Part shown: positions 7,567-18,407 of the stretch, piece after piece
How the letters are laid out: every line of letters starts with the position of its first letter
Numbering within the stretch: position 1 is the first letter of the stretch
Origin: an uncultured Thermoplasmatales archaeon
GTDB lineage: Archaea > Thermoplasmatota > E2 > DHVEG-1
NCBI GenBank assembly: GCA_964597365.1
Contig: CAZQXW010000003.1
Span: forward strand, 15,139 to 79,138
Length of the DNA: 64,000 nt
Direction of reading: 5' to 3'
The notes under the pieces: model-generated
What the model was told of the DNA's origin: nothing
Database searches by the model: none
The model's input: only the letters and a program-made list of their open reading frames with translations
Position numbers and translations under genes: made by a program

Positions 7567-9612
7567 TTATTCTTTTTTAGCAAATATCTCCCTCAGTGGG
7601 ATATAAGCCAGCAGCATTGCAATGAATAACCAGACCAAGATGGCTGGTAGTATCGGTGGATATGTGAATATCGAAAGATCTATTCCACCGATAATTAAGA
7701 ATGCAACTACGACACCCATGAGTGCCTCACCGGCTATGAGCCCCGCGGTGAGAAGTAAACCTGTTCTTATAATCTTTTCCTTTGGTTTAACATCAGTCTG
7801 TTTAATCGCAAGCTCCCAATCAGAAATTTCTTCTTCCTTGGCACTTCCATATTTCTTCTCTATAGCTTTATTTGTGAAATGTCTTACAATTCCGCCAGCA
7901 AAAATAGGTATGCTAAGTGTGAAAGGCAGATAAATTCCTATTGCAACTGGAAGTACGGGTAAGTCTATGAGTATTAATACAAATGCAAGGACTGCACCTG
8001 CAAGAACAAATGGCCAAACCATTCCGCCTCCAAGAACACCTTTTACAATTCCTGCCATTAAAAATGACTGAGGTGCTGGAAGGTTTGTGCTTCCTATATG
8101 ATATGCCTGATCCAGTGCTTGAACAACAAGTGCAAGAATTGGTGCTGCTGCAAGAACGCCTATTATCTCTGCTAATTGCTGATTTTTAGGCGTAGCTCCA
8201 ATCATTTGACCACAAGTCATAGATTGCAGCACATCTCCAGAAATTGCTGCAGCACAACAAATGACTGCTGCAATAAGAATTGCAACGCCGTATGCTCCAA
8301 CGTCTCCTGAAAGACCAAATCCAAGTAAAATAAGTGATGTTATTAGTAGTACTGACACAGTTACTCCTGAGATAGGATTGTTGCTGCTACCTAGAAGTCC
8401 TGCCATGTATCCCGCAATAGCACTTGCGATAAAAGCAAAAAGTATTGCAAATACAGCCATTATTCCTGATATTGCCCATTGGCTTGATATATAACCATAT
8501 AATATGAACACGGGTATCGTAAGAGCACCAATTGCAAGGAAAACAAATTTAAAGTTAAGATCTTGGTCGGTACGTTTTTTAGCAGATACTTCTCCACCTT
8601 TAAGACCTACTACTGCCTCACGTATTCCTTCTGCAAGGTTTGATCTAAGTTTGAATATTGTATAAAGACCGCCTACAACCATCGCACCAACTCCAATGTA
8701 TCTTATGTAGTCCCCCCATATTTGGAAGAAACCCCATATCTGAGATCCGAGTTCAAGGTTACCTGCGCCAAGTCCCATCACATCCTTTACTACTTCAGGA
8801 TTTGAAACATCAGGTGTTGGAAGGCCTGTTGCAAGTGCGATAAGAGGTGCTAAGATAACCCATCCAATTAGACCCCCTACTAAAATAAAAGATGCTATTT
8901 TTGGACCTATAATCCATCCTACACCAAGCAGTGCAGGGCTTGTTGCAGTACCTCCATATAATACTGCGTCTTTTTCTCCACCGCCGATGTTATATTTACC
9001 GATGTTTATTAGGCCATGTACTTGACCTGCGAAAGTTTTAACTCCTACTTGTCCAAATTTAAAAAGTGCTGCTGCGACAACACCAATCATAAGCCAAATT
9101 CCGCTTACACCACTTCCGCCTTTTGAGTCTGTTGCTTTTGCTCCACCAACTGTTGTAGTAAGTACTGCAGCAACTGCAACACCTTCAGGGAAGGGTAAAT
9201 CAGTTTTTGTTATAAGCGCACGTCTGAGAGGTATCATCCACAAAACGCCTAAAATACCACCCAATAGTGCAATGATAGTAGTCTCTAAATATTGAATCTC
9301 TGACCAAGTTCCAAGAAGAACAAGTGCAGGGATTGTAAATATTACTCCTGCTGCAAGAGCTTCTCCTGCGGCAGCTCCCATCATTCCTATATTTACTTCG
9401 AGAATTGTTCCTTTAAATGGCTTTAGAAGTGCGAAAGCCATAACTGCCCCAGGAATAACAGCTGAGACTGTCATACCTGCGTAAAGCCCAAGATATGCAT
9501 TTGCAGATCCAAGGATTACAGCAAGTATTGCTCCTACTAAAACTGCTTTTAGTGTAAGTTCAGGTATTTTCTTTGATTCGGGTATAAATGATTTAAAATT
9601 TTCACGTGACAT
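7567..9612 (-). CDS. OPT-family oligopeptide transporter
   Basis: 681-aa polytopic membrane protein with 14 or more hydrophobic segments and OPT-like blocks (GLYAGMTVSAVIPGAVM, NPISGVTVSVLLITSLI). ATG verified. Confidence 0.85.
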   Translation of the reverse strand: MSRENFKSFIPESKKIPELTLKAVLVGAILAVILGSANAYLGLYAGMTVSAVIPGAVMAFALLKPFKGTILEVNIGMMGAAAGEALAAGVIFTIPALVLLGTWSEIQYLETTIIALLGGILGVLWMIPLRRALITKTDLPFPEGVAVAAVLTTTVGGAKATDSKGGSGVSGIWLMIGVVAAALFKFGQVGVKTFAGQVHGLINIGKYNIGGGEKDAVLYGGTATSPALLGVGWIIGPKIASFILVGGLIGWVILAPLIALATGLPTPDVSNPEVVKDVMGLGAGNLELGSQIWGFFQIWGDYIRYIGVGAMVVGGLYTIFKLRSNLAEGIREAVVGLKGGEVSAKKRTDQDLNFKFVFLAIGALTIPVFILYGYISSQWAISGIMAVFAILFAFIASAIAGYMAGLLGSSNNPISGVTVSVLLITSLILLGFGLSGDVGAYGVAILIAAVICCAAAISGDVLQSMTCGQMIGATPKNQQLAEIIGVLAAAPILALVVQALDQAYHIGSTNLPAPQSFLMAGIVKGVLGGGMVWPFVLAGAVLAFVLILIDLPVLPVAIGIYLPFTLSIPIFAGGIVRHFTNKAIEKKYGSAKEEEISDWELAIKQTDVKPKEKIIRTGLLLTAGLIAGEALMGVVVAFLIIGGIDLSIFTYPPILPAILVWLFIAMLLAYIPLREIFAKKE

Positions 9613-9729
9613 ATTGCTTAACTCCCTAGTTTATTAATATATTTCATTATTTATATATTATTCGGTTTAAATAACCGTATATACTTGTGTTTTATTAAAA
9701 TTCCAATATAAAATAATTGTATATTAATA

Positions 9730-10980
9730 TTACTGAAGGTCAACAGAGTATCTTAAAATACCTGCTACACCATTAAAAGCAGAGTATAGAGAGTCGCCTT
9801 CTTCAGAGTCTGTAGAAATAATTTCAACTTTTGCACTAGTGTTTTCAGCCAAATCGGAAAGTTCATCAATGAGATCTGTTTTTTCTTCGATTTCCATTTG
9901 AGTAGGTGTATCACACTTAGAACACTCAGGAGCCTCATACTCCTCTAAGTCATCTTCAGTAACTGTTCTATATTCGCAATAGTCACATGTAGGACATACA
10001 AGCTTGATGCGGTATCTCCTTAAATTCTCTGAAAGAAGAAGTGTATCAATTATACCCATCTCAAGGGCTTTGCGAACTTGAAGTTCCCCATAAACTGCAA
10101 GCCCCCCTTCTGTTTTTGTAACTTCTTTAAGAAAACGCTTCATAAGTTTCTTTTCGGAAGAAACTTTCAAATCAGTCATAGTTTCAGATGCGGCTGAAAC
10201 AAGCTCTCTGAGGCCAAACTCATCTGTATAACCTGTATCAAAAGTATCAACTATCTTGTCTTGAACTTCATAGTGAAGATAGTTCTCCTCAACAAAATAC
10301 TGCTTTGTAGGACCAGGACCTCCAACAAGAATACCTTGAATATTTTCCTCCTGTTGAAAAATTTCACTTGCCTCTTCACCACACTTGACAAACCATTCGT
10401 GAGCGGCGATTTCAGTAAGCCTCTCAAAACGTCGTTGACTCTGACCACCACGCCCATGTTTTCCAGGAACCTGAGAAGTCATATACTTGAGCATATCTAC
10501 GCGATTTCCCTTAAGTATCCCAATTGTACATTCGCGTCTATCAATAAGCAACAAGCCGTATATCTCTTTCTCAGAAAGCATAGATTCGAGCTGGTCAAGA
10601 TAAAACTCAGAGTCACATCTATACAAGAAGGTATTTATCTTTTGAGGTGGCTCTATAACATAGGCAACCATTTCAGTCTGATCTGCGCCAACACTCTTGT
10701 GACCCACAAAAAATACTAGGCCATTTTCAGGCGGCTGTTTAAAGTTTTTAAGCCGACTCATAATAGACTCAATTGCAGAAAGAACATTTTTACGAGTCTG
10801 TTTAGATTTTATATTCTGGGATTGAGAAAGCTCATTTTTAAGATAAGAGTTAACATCATGAATTTGTTTGTCGGATGGAATATAAAGAGATATAAGCTCA
10901 GTGTGACGACCTCTACATGCTTTAAGCTCTTCAAGCTTTCGTTTAAGATCGTATTTCTGTCTCTGAGTCATCTCAGCCAT
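9730..10980 (-). CDS. prf1: Peptide chain release factor aRF1
   Basis: 416 aa with GGQ motif (KHGRGGQSQRRFERL) and NIKS-like region (QSQNIKSKQTRKNV). ATG verified. Confidence 0.95.
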   Translation of the reverse strand: MAEMTQRQKYDLKRKLEELKACRGRHTELISLYIPSDKQIHDVNSYLKNELSQSQNIKSKQTRKNVLSAIESIMSRLKNFKQPPENGLVFFVGHKSVGADQTEMVAYVIEPPQKINTFLYRCDSEFYLDQLESMLSEKEIYGLLLIDRRECTIGILKGNRVDMLKYMTSQVPGKHGRGGQSQRRFERLTEIAAHEWFVKCGEEASEIFQQEENIQGILVGGPGPTKQYFVEENYLHYEVQDKIVDTFDTGYTDEFGLRELVSAASETMTDLKVSSEKKLMKRFLKEVTKTEGGLAVYGELQVRKALEMGIIDTLLLSENLRRYRIKLVCPTCDYCEYRTVTEDDLEEYEAPECSKCDTPTQMEIEEKTDLIDELSDLAENTSAKVEIISTDSEEGDSLYSAFNGVAGILRYSVDLQ

Positions 10981-11049
10981 ATATTTTTTTCACCTTTTTC
11001 AAATCACAATAATATCAAACATATAAGCAAAAACCTTTATAAGCATTCG

Positions 11050-12300
11050 TCAAAGTTGTACGTTTTCACCAGTTGTGGGAGTGAAAACCTCTGCAAATTC
11101 TTTAAGAGGATCTACAAGTGCCTCGCGATTATCACTATGCATTAAAACTATTTTCTCAGGGTTACATTTTTTTGCAAAATCAATGAGTTCGCTATGGCCT
11201 GCATGAGCTGAGAAATCAAAATAATCTACTTCACATACTACTTTTTCTTTGACACCATAAAAATCCAGCATGCCTTTATCAACAAGAAGTCTTGCATTAC
11301 TGTCAGGCACCTGATAGCCTGTAAGAATTACAGCGCTTTTTTTGTCATCTTTTAACTTGTTCATATAATGAAGAACGGGACCTCCATCCATCATACCGCT
11401 TGATGTAAGTATTACATCTGCCTTGTCTACAGCAAGTTTTCTACCGTGATCTGAGTGAATAAAGTTTAGTTTGTTTACTGCTTTTTTAAGGTTTTCAGGG
11501 GATTTTAAAAATCTAGGGTATTTCAAAAATATCTTTGAAACTTTTCTACCCATACCATCAAACCAAATGTTGTATCCAGATTTTCTAAGTACGAGTGCAA
11601 GTTCTTGAGAACGAGATACAGCAAAAGCAGGCATAATGGCTTTTCCGCCCCTTGTAACTACCTCATCAATTCTATCGAGAAGCTCTCGCTCTATTTCCTC
11701 TCTTTTCTTTGGATGATCTCTACCTGCATATGTTCCCTCAAGAAATAATATATCACAATCAACAGGTTTGTTACCCTTTACAATCCTTGTATCATTTGTG
11801 TTGAAGTCGCCTGTGAAAAGAATTTTTTTGTCACCTACTATTTCAAACATGAGTGAGCCGGGTATGTGTCCTGCATCATGAAATTTAATCTCGTGATTTT
11901 TGCCAATGTTTTTTGTTTGTTTGGGTGCAACAGGAATTACGCTGTGTTTTGCTTCTTTTATATTTCCATTTGTATACGGTGTAGCATATCCTTCGCTTTT
12001 TGCAATTTTGATAGAGTCTTTATGTAAAAGATTCGAAATTTCTCCAGTAAGCTTTGTAGTCATTATATTCTGATCCGAGTTTTGAAACAACCATGGAATC
12101 ATCCCAGAATGATCTAGATGAGAATGAGTAAGTAAAACCATGTCTACTGGTGGTGGCTGCATTGGATAGCTTGGTGGTTTTCCGGGACTCATGCCATACT
12201 CAAACAAGAGTTTGATATCACCTGTTTCAAGCACCATTGCAAGACGTCCGACTTCTTCTACGCCTCCAAGAAATTGAAAGTTTATCGAATTGTTCATCAT
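11050..12300 (-). CDS. beta-CASP family metallo-beta-lactamase ribonuclease (aCPSF2-like)
   Basis: MBL motif LLTHSHLDHSGMIP, downstream beta-CASP His/Asp motifs, 416 aa. Confidence 0.85.
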   Translation of the reverse strand: MMNNSINFQFLGGVEEVGRLAMVLETGDIKLLFEYGMSPGKPPSYPMQPPPVDMVLLTHSHLDHSGMIPWLFQNSDQNIMTTKLTGEISNLLHKDSIKIAKSEGYATPYTNGNIKEAKHSVIPVAPKQTKNIGKNHEIKFHDAGHIPGSLMFEIVGDKKILFTGDFNTNDTRIVKGNKPVDCDILFLEGTYAGRDHPKKREEIERELLDRIDEVVTRGGKAIMPAFAVSRSQELALVLRKSGYNIWFDGMGRKVSKIFLKYPRFLKSPENLKKAVNKLNFIHSDHGRKLAVDKADVILTSSGMMDGGPVLHYMNKLKDDKKSAVILTGYQVPDSNARLLVDKGMLDFYGVKEKVVCEVDYFDFSAHAGHSELIDFAKKCNPEKIVLMHSDNREALVDPLKEFAEVFTPTTGENVQL

Positions 12301-12400
12301 TGACCTTACCGTCTGGGAAAAGAATGTCTATTGTTAAATCTTTGGGAAAAAGCCTGTTTAAAACAATTTTATTATATAATGAAATTATATAGGGGGATGA

Positions 12401-13705
<1,305 letters not shown>

Positions 13706-13751
13706 ACATTATTATACCTTTTTTTATACCAATCTCGTGGGGTTTTAGTTT

Positions 13752-14705
13752 ATGAAAGTATTAATTTCAGATAAAATGGCAGAAGAAGCAATTCAGGTTT
13801 TAAAAGATGCAGGTCATGAAATAACATATGAAGAATACGATGCAGAGGCTCTTCTAAAAGAAATTCCAAAATATGATGCTCTTATGGTTAGAAGTAGAAC
13901 CAAGGCTATAAAGGAAGTAGTAGAAGCAGGTGCAAAAGGAAACTTGAAAGTAATCGGTCGTGCAGGAATCGGAGTTGACAACATAGATATTCAAACAGCT
14001 GGAAAACTAGGCATTCCTGTCGTAAACAGCCCAACAGGTGCGACCGCAAGCGTTGCAGAACTGGCCATAGGACATATGCTTGCTCTTTCACGTCATATAT
14101 CACGTGCCGATAAAACAATGAAAAAAGGTGAATGGGCAAAAAAGAAGCTCAAAGGCGTAGAACTTGGAGGGAAAACACTAGGTCTAATTGGCACAGGAAA
14201 TATCGGAAAACATACTGCAAAACTTGCACAATGCTTTGGAATGAAAGTAATAGGTTATGACCCATTTATTTCAAAAGAAGATATGGCAAAAGACAACATA
14301 GAAAAAGTTGAAGGAATAGCAGATATAATGGAGAAATCAGACTACATTAGTCTTCATATACCTCATATCGATGCAACACACCATATTGTCAACAAAGAAA
14401 TGATTTCAAAGATGAAAACATCAGCATATATCATTAATTGTGCCCGTGGTGGGACAGTTGACGAAAAAGCACTTTATGATGCATTGAAGGAGGGTGACAT
14501 TGCAGGTGCCGCTCTTGACGTATTTGAATCAGAACCACCAAAAGAAAACTTATTTTCAGAGCTTGATAATGTTGTAATGACGCCACATATTGGTGCAAAC
14601 ACAAAAGAAGGGCAAATAAAAGCAGGGACAGTCTGCGCCGCACAAATAAATAAGGTTTTAAATGGAGAAAAACCAGATTATTGCGTAAACAAGAAGTTTC
14701 TGTAA
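13752..14705 (+). CDS. D-isomer-specific 2-hydroxyacid dehydrogenase, D-3-phosphoglycerate dehydrogenase-like (no ACT domain)
   Basis: NAD-binding GLIGTGNIGKHTAKL. Catalytic region NCARGGTVDE...TPHIGANT matches the SerA-type core. 317 aa. Confidence 0.85.
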   Translation: MKVLISDKMAEEAIQVLKDAGHEITYEEYDAEALLKEIPKYDALMVRSRTKAIKEVVEAGAKGNLKVIGRAGIGVDNIDIQTAGKLGIPVVNSPTGATASVAELAIGHMLALSRHISRADKTMKKGEWAKKKLKGVELGGKTLGLIGTGNIGKHTAKLAQCFGMKVIGYDPFISKEDMAKDNIEKVEGIADIMEKSDYISLHIPHIDATHHIVNKEMISKMKTSAYIINCARGGTVDEKALYDALKEGDIAGAALDVFESEPPKENLFSELDNVVMTPHIGANTKEGQIKAGTVCAAQINKVLNGEKPDYCVNKKFL

Positions 14706-14718
14706 ACTTCTTATCTAA

Positions 14719-16272
14719 TTATTTTTTAGAAAAAGATTTTAAACCTAGTTTAGAGCCTATTGTTCTAAACAGATCAGTGTCTTCTTTATCTAAACTTTTT
14801 GTGGCTATCAAAGATAAAAATATAAAAACATAGCAGAGTCCAAAAAAAACTACTACTAAAGGAATACTGTAATCAATAAATCTTGATGTTAGAGCATAAA
14901 AAGGTATCATTATTAGTAAAAGTAGAAAAGTAGGTTTTAACAAATTTTTACTTAAAGGCTGCAGTTTTATCTCAGAATAAATCTTAGCACTCATAACAAG
15001 ATAAGCAATTAAAAATGAAATGAAACTTGCGAAAACTGCACCAAAAACACCATATTGTGGTATCAACAAAAAATCCAAAGCAACATTTACCGATATTGCA
15101 ACTATATAAGAGTAAAATATGAATTTTGTTTTTCCAATGACAAGTAGATTTTGATTGTTTAAACCTAATAGGTTAAGAAGTATTGCACCAAGACATGATA
15201 ATTTAAATGCATTTGCTACAGTAAGGTAAGAAGCACCAAAAAGAAACAATATAATTTCCTCTGAGAAAAGGAAGAATATCAAGAAAATAGGCAAGGTAAT
15301 TAAAAAAAGCCATTTTACAAGAATTGAGAAATTTCTTCCCATCTCCTGGATTTTTTGTTTAGAATATAAGACAGTTATAACTGGAACATATATAACAACC
15401 ATAGCTCCAAGAGGCGAAGAAATAGCCTGAGATGTTGGTACAATAGCATTATATAATGCTACCTCTGAGACATTTTTTATACCACCCAACAGTAGAGTGT
15501 CAACAAAGTTTGAAACAAAAGCTGTTGCTGCAACTCCAAACAAAGGAAGGGAAAAAATAACTAAGGTCTTTATTGTTGTTTTATCAAAATATTTAAGCTT
15601 AGAAATTCGGCTTAAATCTAATTTTTTGTTAATCGAACAGATAAGAAGAATACAAGCAACTACTATAGAAATCACATATGCATAAAATACAGTTAAAAAT
15701 GAAAAACCGAGATAGATTATGAAAAGAAGGAAAGCAAAAAACAAAAGATCTCTCAGAATACTATAGAATATGCCCGGACTTACCATGTCATATCCTTGAA
15801 AAATAGTTACAACAAAATTATTAATCTTTAAAGCAGGTATAGAAATAGAAATAATCTTAATAGGCATTATTAGAAGAGGTTCATTGAATATTTCTAATGA
15901 AATAAACTCTGATAAAAAAAACAAAGCTATACTTGCAATTATACCTAAAAAAACAAAAACAAAGCTTGTGGAAGTAATTATTTTCGATATTTCTTTAACA
16001 TCTTTCTTACCCCTGTTATAAGCAATATTTCGAACAATACCTTTTCTCAAACCAAGAGAGCTAAGAGTAAGAAATAAGGCAGGGATGGTCAAAGACAAAA
16101 CATAAGTTCCATATTCAGCTTGCGTCCAGTTTCTTATAAGAAGCAATCGTGTCAGGTAGAGCAATATAGAACCGATACTTGTGCCTAAAAAAACAATTAC
16201 TGTGCTTTTTGCTACTTTTTTTAAAGGGCTATTGAATCCGGAAAAATTATTTGTTGTAGTATCAATAGCCAT
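14719..16272 (-). CDS. Polysaccharide biosynthesis protein / oligosaccharide flippase (MOP/Wzx-like)
   Basis: 517 aa with about 14 TM helices. Architecture and length are typical of MOP-superfamily flippases. Confidence 0.7.
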   Translation of the reverse strand: MAIDTTTNNFSGFNSPLKKVAKSTVIVFLGTSIGSILLYLTRLLLIRNWTQAEYGTYVLSLTIPALFLTLSSLGLRKGIVRNIAYNRGKKDVKEISKIITSTSFVFVFLGIIASIALFFLSEFISLEIFNEPLLIMPIKIISISIPALKINNFVVTIFQGYDMVSPGIFYSILRDLLFFAFLLFIIYLGFSFLTVFYAYVISIVVACILLICSINKKLDLSRISKLKYFDKTTIKTLVIFSLPLFGVAATAFVSNFVDTLLLGGIKNVSEVALYNAIVPTSQAISSPLGAMVVIYVPVITVLYSKQKIQEMGRNFSILVKWLFLITLPIFLIFFLFSEEIILFLFGASYLTVANAFKLSCLGAILLNLLGLNNQNLLVIGKTKFIFYSYIVAISVNVALDFLLIPQYGVFGAVFASFISFLIAYLVMSAKIYSEIKLQPLSKNLLKPTFLLLLIMIPFYALTSRFIDYSIPLVVVFFGLCYVFIFLSLIATKSLDKEDTDLFRTIGSKLGLKSFSKK

Positions 16273-16451
16273 TCATTCTCACCTTAAGTAAATATTACAA
16301 TGCATCCATATCACACTAAATATTAACACACCACTTTAACTGATTTGTATTAAATAATAGTTCTTCAATGTTTTTAAAATAGAAAAGTTGGCTTAAAGAA
16401 AAGAGACCTCATAAAAAACTTTAACAATACATATTGCTTATTATTACATGA

Positions 16452-17156
16452 ATGAAGAATCTTAACAAAATCGTAGATAAAATCGAAAAAAGCATAGATG
16501 ACAAAGATAAAACACGAGAAAAAGCACTGAGAAATTCCAGAGAAATAATCATTAACTGTCGAAAAGCAATACAAAGCATACATCAAGAGCAAATGAAAAA
16601 AGCAAAAAACAACATTGATACAGCATCAGAAACGCTAAAGGAATTATACAAAGTTACAAAGAACTACCCGGAACTTTATCATGCAGGTTTTGTTGAAAAC
16701 GCAGCACAAGAACTTGTAGAGGCAAACTGTTTTTTAAATATAACAAAAGGAGAGGATTTACCAGACCCAGATGATATGAACACAACATACAGTTCATATC
16801 TTATGGGACTTTGCGATCTTGTAGGAGAACTACGCAGAACGGCACTCGACTCAATTAGAAAAGGAAAATCAAAAAAAGCAGATACATGTCTTGATATGAT
16901 GGAAGAAATATATGATGTGATAATACGATTTGATTATCCCGCTGGCCTCATACCAATCAAAAAGAAACAAGACATGGTAAGAGGAATGATAGAAAAAACT
17001 AGAGGAGAGCTTGCTGTTGCAAGCTGCGAGAGAAGAATTGAATACAGAACAAATGAGTTTCAAGGTATGCTAGATACTGTAGGTAATTCAAACAAAAAGA
17101 GTCAAAAAAATAAAAAAAATGATAAAGAAGATTTAGACATAGACAAAATTTGGTAA
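16452..17156 (+). CDS. Translin-family protein
   Basis: 234 aa, alpha-helical. The block YLMGLCDLVGELRRTALDSIRKG matches the conserved translin motif (ladltGELmR.ain). Lys-rich disordered C-terminal tail. Confidence 0.6.
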   Translation: MKNLNKIVDKIEKSIDDKDKTREKALRNSREIIINCRKAIQSIHQEQMKKAKNNIDTASETLKELYKVTKNYPELYHAGFVENAAQELVEANCFLNITKGEDLPDPDDMNTTYSSYLMGLCDLVGELRRTALDSIRKGKSKKADTCLDMMEEIYDVIIRFDYPAGLIPIKKKQDMVRGMIEKTRGELAVASCERRIEYRTNEFQGMLDTVGNSNKKSQKNKKNDKEDLDIDKIW

Positions 17157-17221
17157 AAAACCAAAAAGGCTGGATTTTTTAGATTTTCTCCAATAAACAA
17201 ACGATATGTTTATAAAAGCCC

Positions 17222-17229
17222 TTTATATA
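17222..17229 (+). promoter_or_regulatory. TATA box (TTTATATA) about 27 nt upstream of the first TBP gene; likely leaderless transcript
   Basis: Consensus archaeal TATA at 17222-17229, ATG at 17256, no Shine-Dalgarno motif between them. Confidence 0.45.
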
Positions 17230-17255
17230 CTGCAGCCTGGACAGGCTAGTATAAT

Positions 17256-17801
17256 ATGACAACAATAAAAATTGAAAACATTGTTGCGTATGCAAAAATT
17301 TCTGAGTTACTTGACATAGAACTTATAGCAGAAAAGATACCTAACTCAAGCTACAACCCAGATGAATACAATGGCGTATCAATAAAATTCGATGATTTAA
17401 AGATAGCAGTGATAGTACTTTCGAACGGAAAAGTAGTATGCACAGGTGCAAAAAAATTACAAGACGCTGAATCAACACTTAAAAAAGTAATAAAACAAAT
17501 AAAAGACATCGGATTTGAACTGCAAAAAGGCTACAAGATAGAAATAGAAAATGTCATCGCATCAACCGATCTTAAAAAAGAACTGCATCTAGCAAGCATA
17601 GCAAATGCATTAGTACTACAAAATGTTAAATATGAACCAGAAGAATTTCCTGGCTTGATATACAAAATGGAAGAACTTTGCACCATGGTTCTCCTATTTA
17701 GCTCAGGTAAAATAGTCTGTACAGGTGCAAAAAGTATAGATGATGCTAAAAAGTCAATGAAGACGATGGACGAAAAACTAGCATCAATAGGAGTCTTATA
17801 A
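17256..17801 (+). CDS. tbp: TATA-box binding protein (TBP), copy 1
   Basis: 181 aa with two internal TBP repeats (IENIVAYAKISELLDIELIA...VCTGAKKL and IENVIASTDLKKELHLASIA...VCTGAKSI). Confidence 0.95.
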   Translation: MTTIKIENIVAYAKISELLDIELIAEKIPNSSYNPDEYNGVSIKFDDLKIAVIVLSNGKVVCTGAKKLQDAESTLKKVIKQIKDIGFELQKGYKIEIENVIASTDLKKELHLASIANALVLQNVKYEPEEFPGLIYKMEELCTMVLLFSSGKIVCTGAKSIDDAKKSMKTMDEKLASIGVL

Positions 17802-17810
17802 AAAATAATA

Positions 17811-17816
17811 GGGAGG
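17811..17816 (+). promoter_or_regulatory. Shine-Dalgarno (GGGAGG) for the second TBP gene
   Basis: GGGAGG lies 10 nt upstream of ATG 17827. The 25-nt intergenic gap suggests tbp1-tbp2 co-transcription. Confidence 0.5.
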
Positions 17817-17826
17817 AAAAAATATT

Positions 17827-18378
17827 ATGCCAGAAGTAATAGTAGAAAATATTGTTGCATCTACATCTTTTGCAGATAAGCTAGATTTAGATGTAATAGC
17901 TCAATCACTTGAGGAAGCAGAGTACGAACCAGAACAATTTCCAGGTTTAGTCTACAGGCTAAGCGATCCAAAGACTGCAACCCTTCTTTTCAGAAGTGGA
18001 AAAGCAAATTGTACTGGTGCAAAAAACGTTGAAGATGTAAAAAGAACAGTAGACATTATTGCAGAAAAACTCAGAAAACTTAACGTAGAAGTCTACAAAG
18101 ACTTAAAAATTGTTATACAAAACATTGTAGCAATAAGTGACCTTGGAACAGAATTAAACTTAAATGAGGTTGCAATGGGTCTTGGTCTGGAAAACGTTGA
18201 ATATGAACCAGAACAATTCCCTGGACTTGTATACAGAATCCGCGAGCCAAAAGTTGCAATGCTGCTGTTTGGTTCAGGAAAAATAGTATGCACCGGCGCT
18301 CGTCAAACAGAGGATGTTTCAAAAGCAGTAAAGAAACTCTCTGAAGAGCTTGACTCGCTTGATCTTATCAAAAAATAA
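17827..18378 (+). CDS. tbp: TATA-box binding protein (TBP), copy 2 (tandem paralog)
   Basis: 183 aa with two TBP repeats (IENIVASTSFADKLDLDVIA...NCTGAKNV and IQNIVAISDLGTELNLNEVA...VCTGARQT). Acidic C-terminus. Confidence 0.95.
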   Translation: MPEVIVENIVASTSFADKLDLDVIAQSLEEAEYEPEQFPGLVYRLSDPKTATLLFRSGKANCTGAKNVEDVKRTVDIIAEKLRKLNVEVYKDLKIVIQNIVAISDLGTELNLNEVAMGLGLENVEYEPEQFPGLVYRIREPKVAMLLFGSGKIVCTGARQTEDVSKAVKKLSEELDSLDLIKK

Positions 18379-18387
18379 GGTCAAAAA

Positions 18388-18407
18388 TTTCTTTTTTTTA
18401 TTTTTTA
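18388..18407 (+). terminator. Oligo-T tract downstream of tbp2 (archaeal-type terminator)
   Basis: TTTCTTTTTTTTATTTTTT sits immediately after the tbp2 stop, between convergent genes. Confidence 0.35.

Noticed and set aside
6817-7583. Possibility that the response regulator, PqqD-like and OPT genes form a RiPP cluster
   Set aside because: No radical-SAM, YcaO, lanthionine synthetase or precursor-peptide-like small ORF is visible. The response regulator is convergent rather than co-oriented. I kept it only as a low-confidence note under the PqqD finding.
7622-8843. Several 60-103-aa plus-strand ORFs inside the OPT transporter gene
   Set aside because: They are antisense to a well-supported transporter CDS. 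The compositions are typical of mirrored hydrophobic codons.
10261-10719. 152-aa plus-strand ORF antisense to aRF1
   Set aside because: The aRF1 reading frame is unambiguous, and the antisense product is low-complexity.
16374-16592. 72-aa minus-strand ORF in and overlapping the flippase/translin intergenic region
   Set aside because: It is Phe-rich and low-complexity, and it overlaps the translin start and the promoter region.
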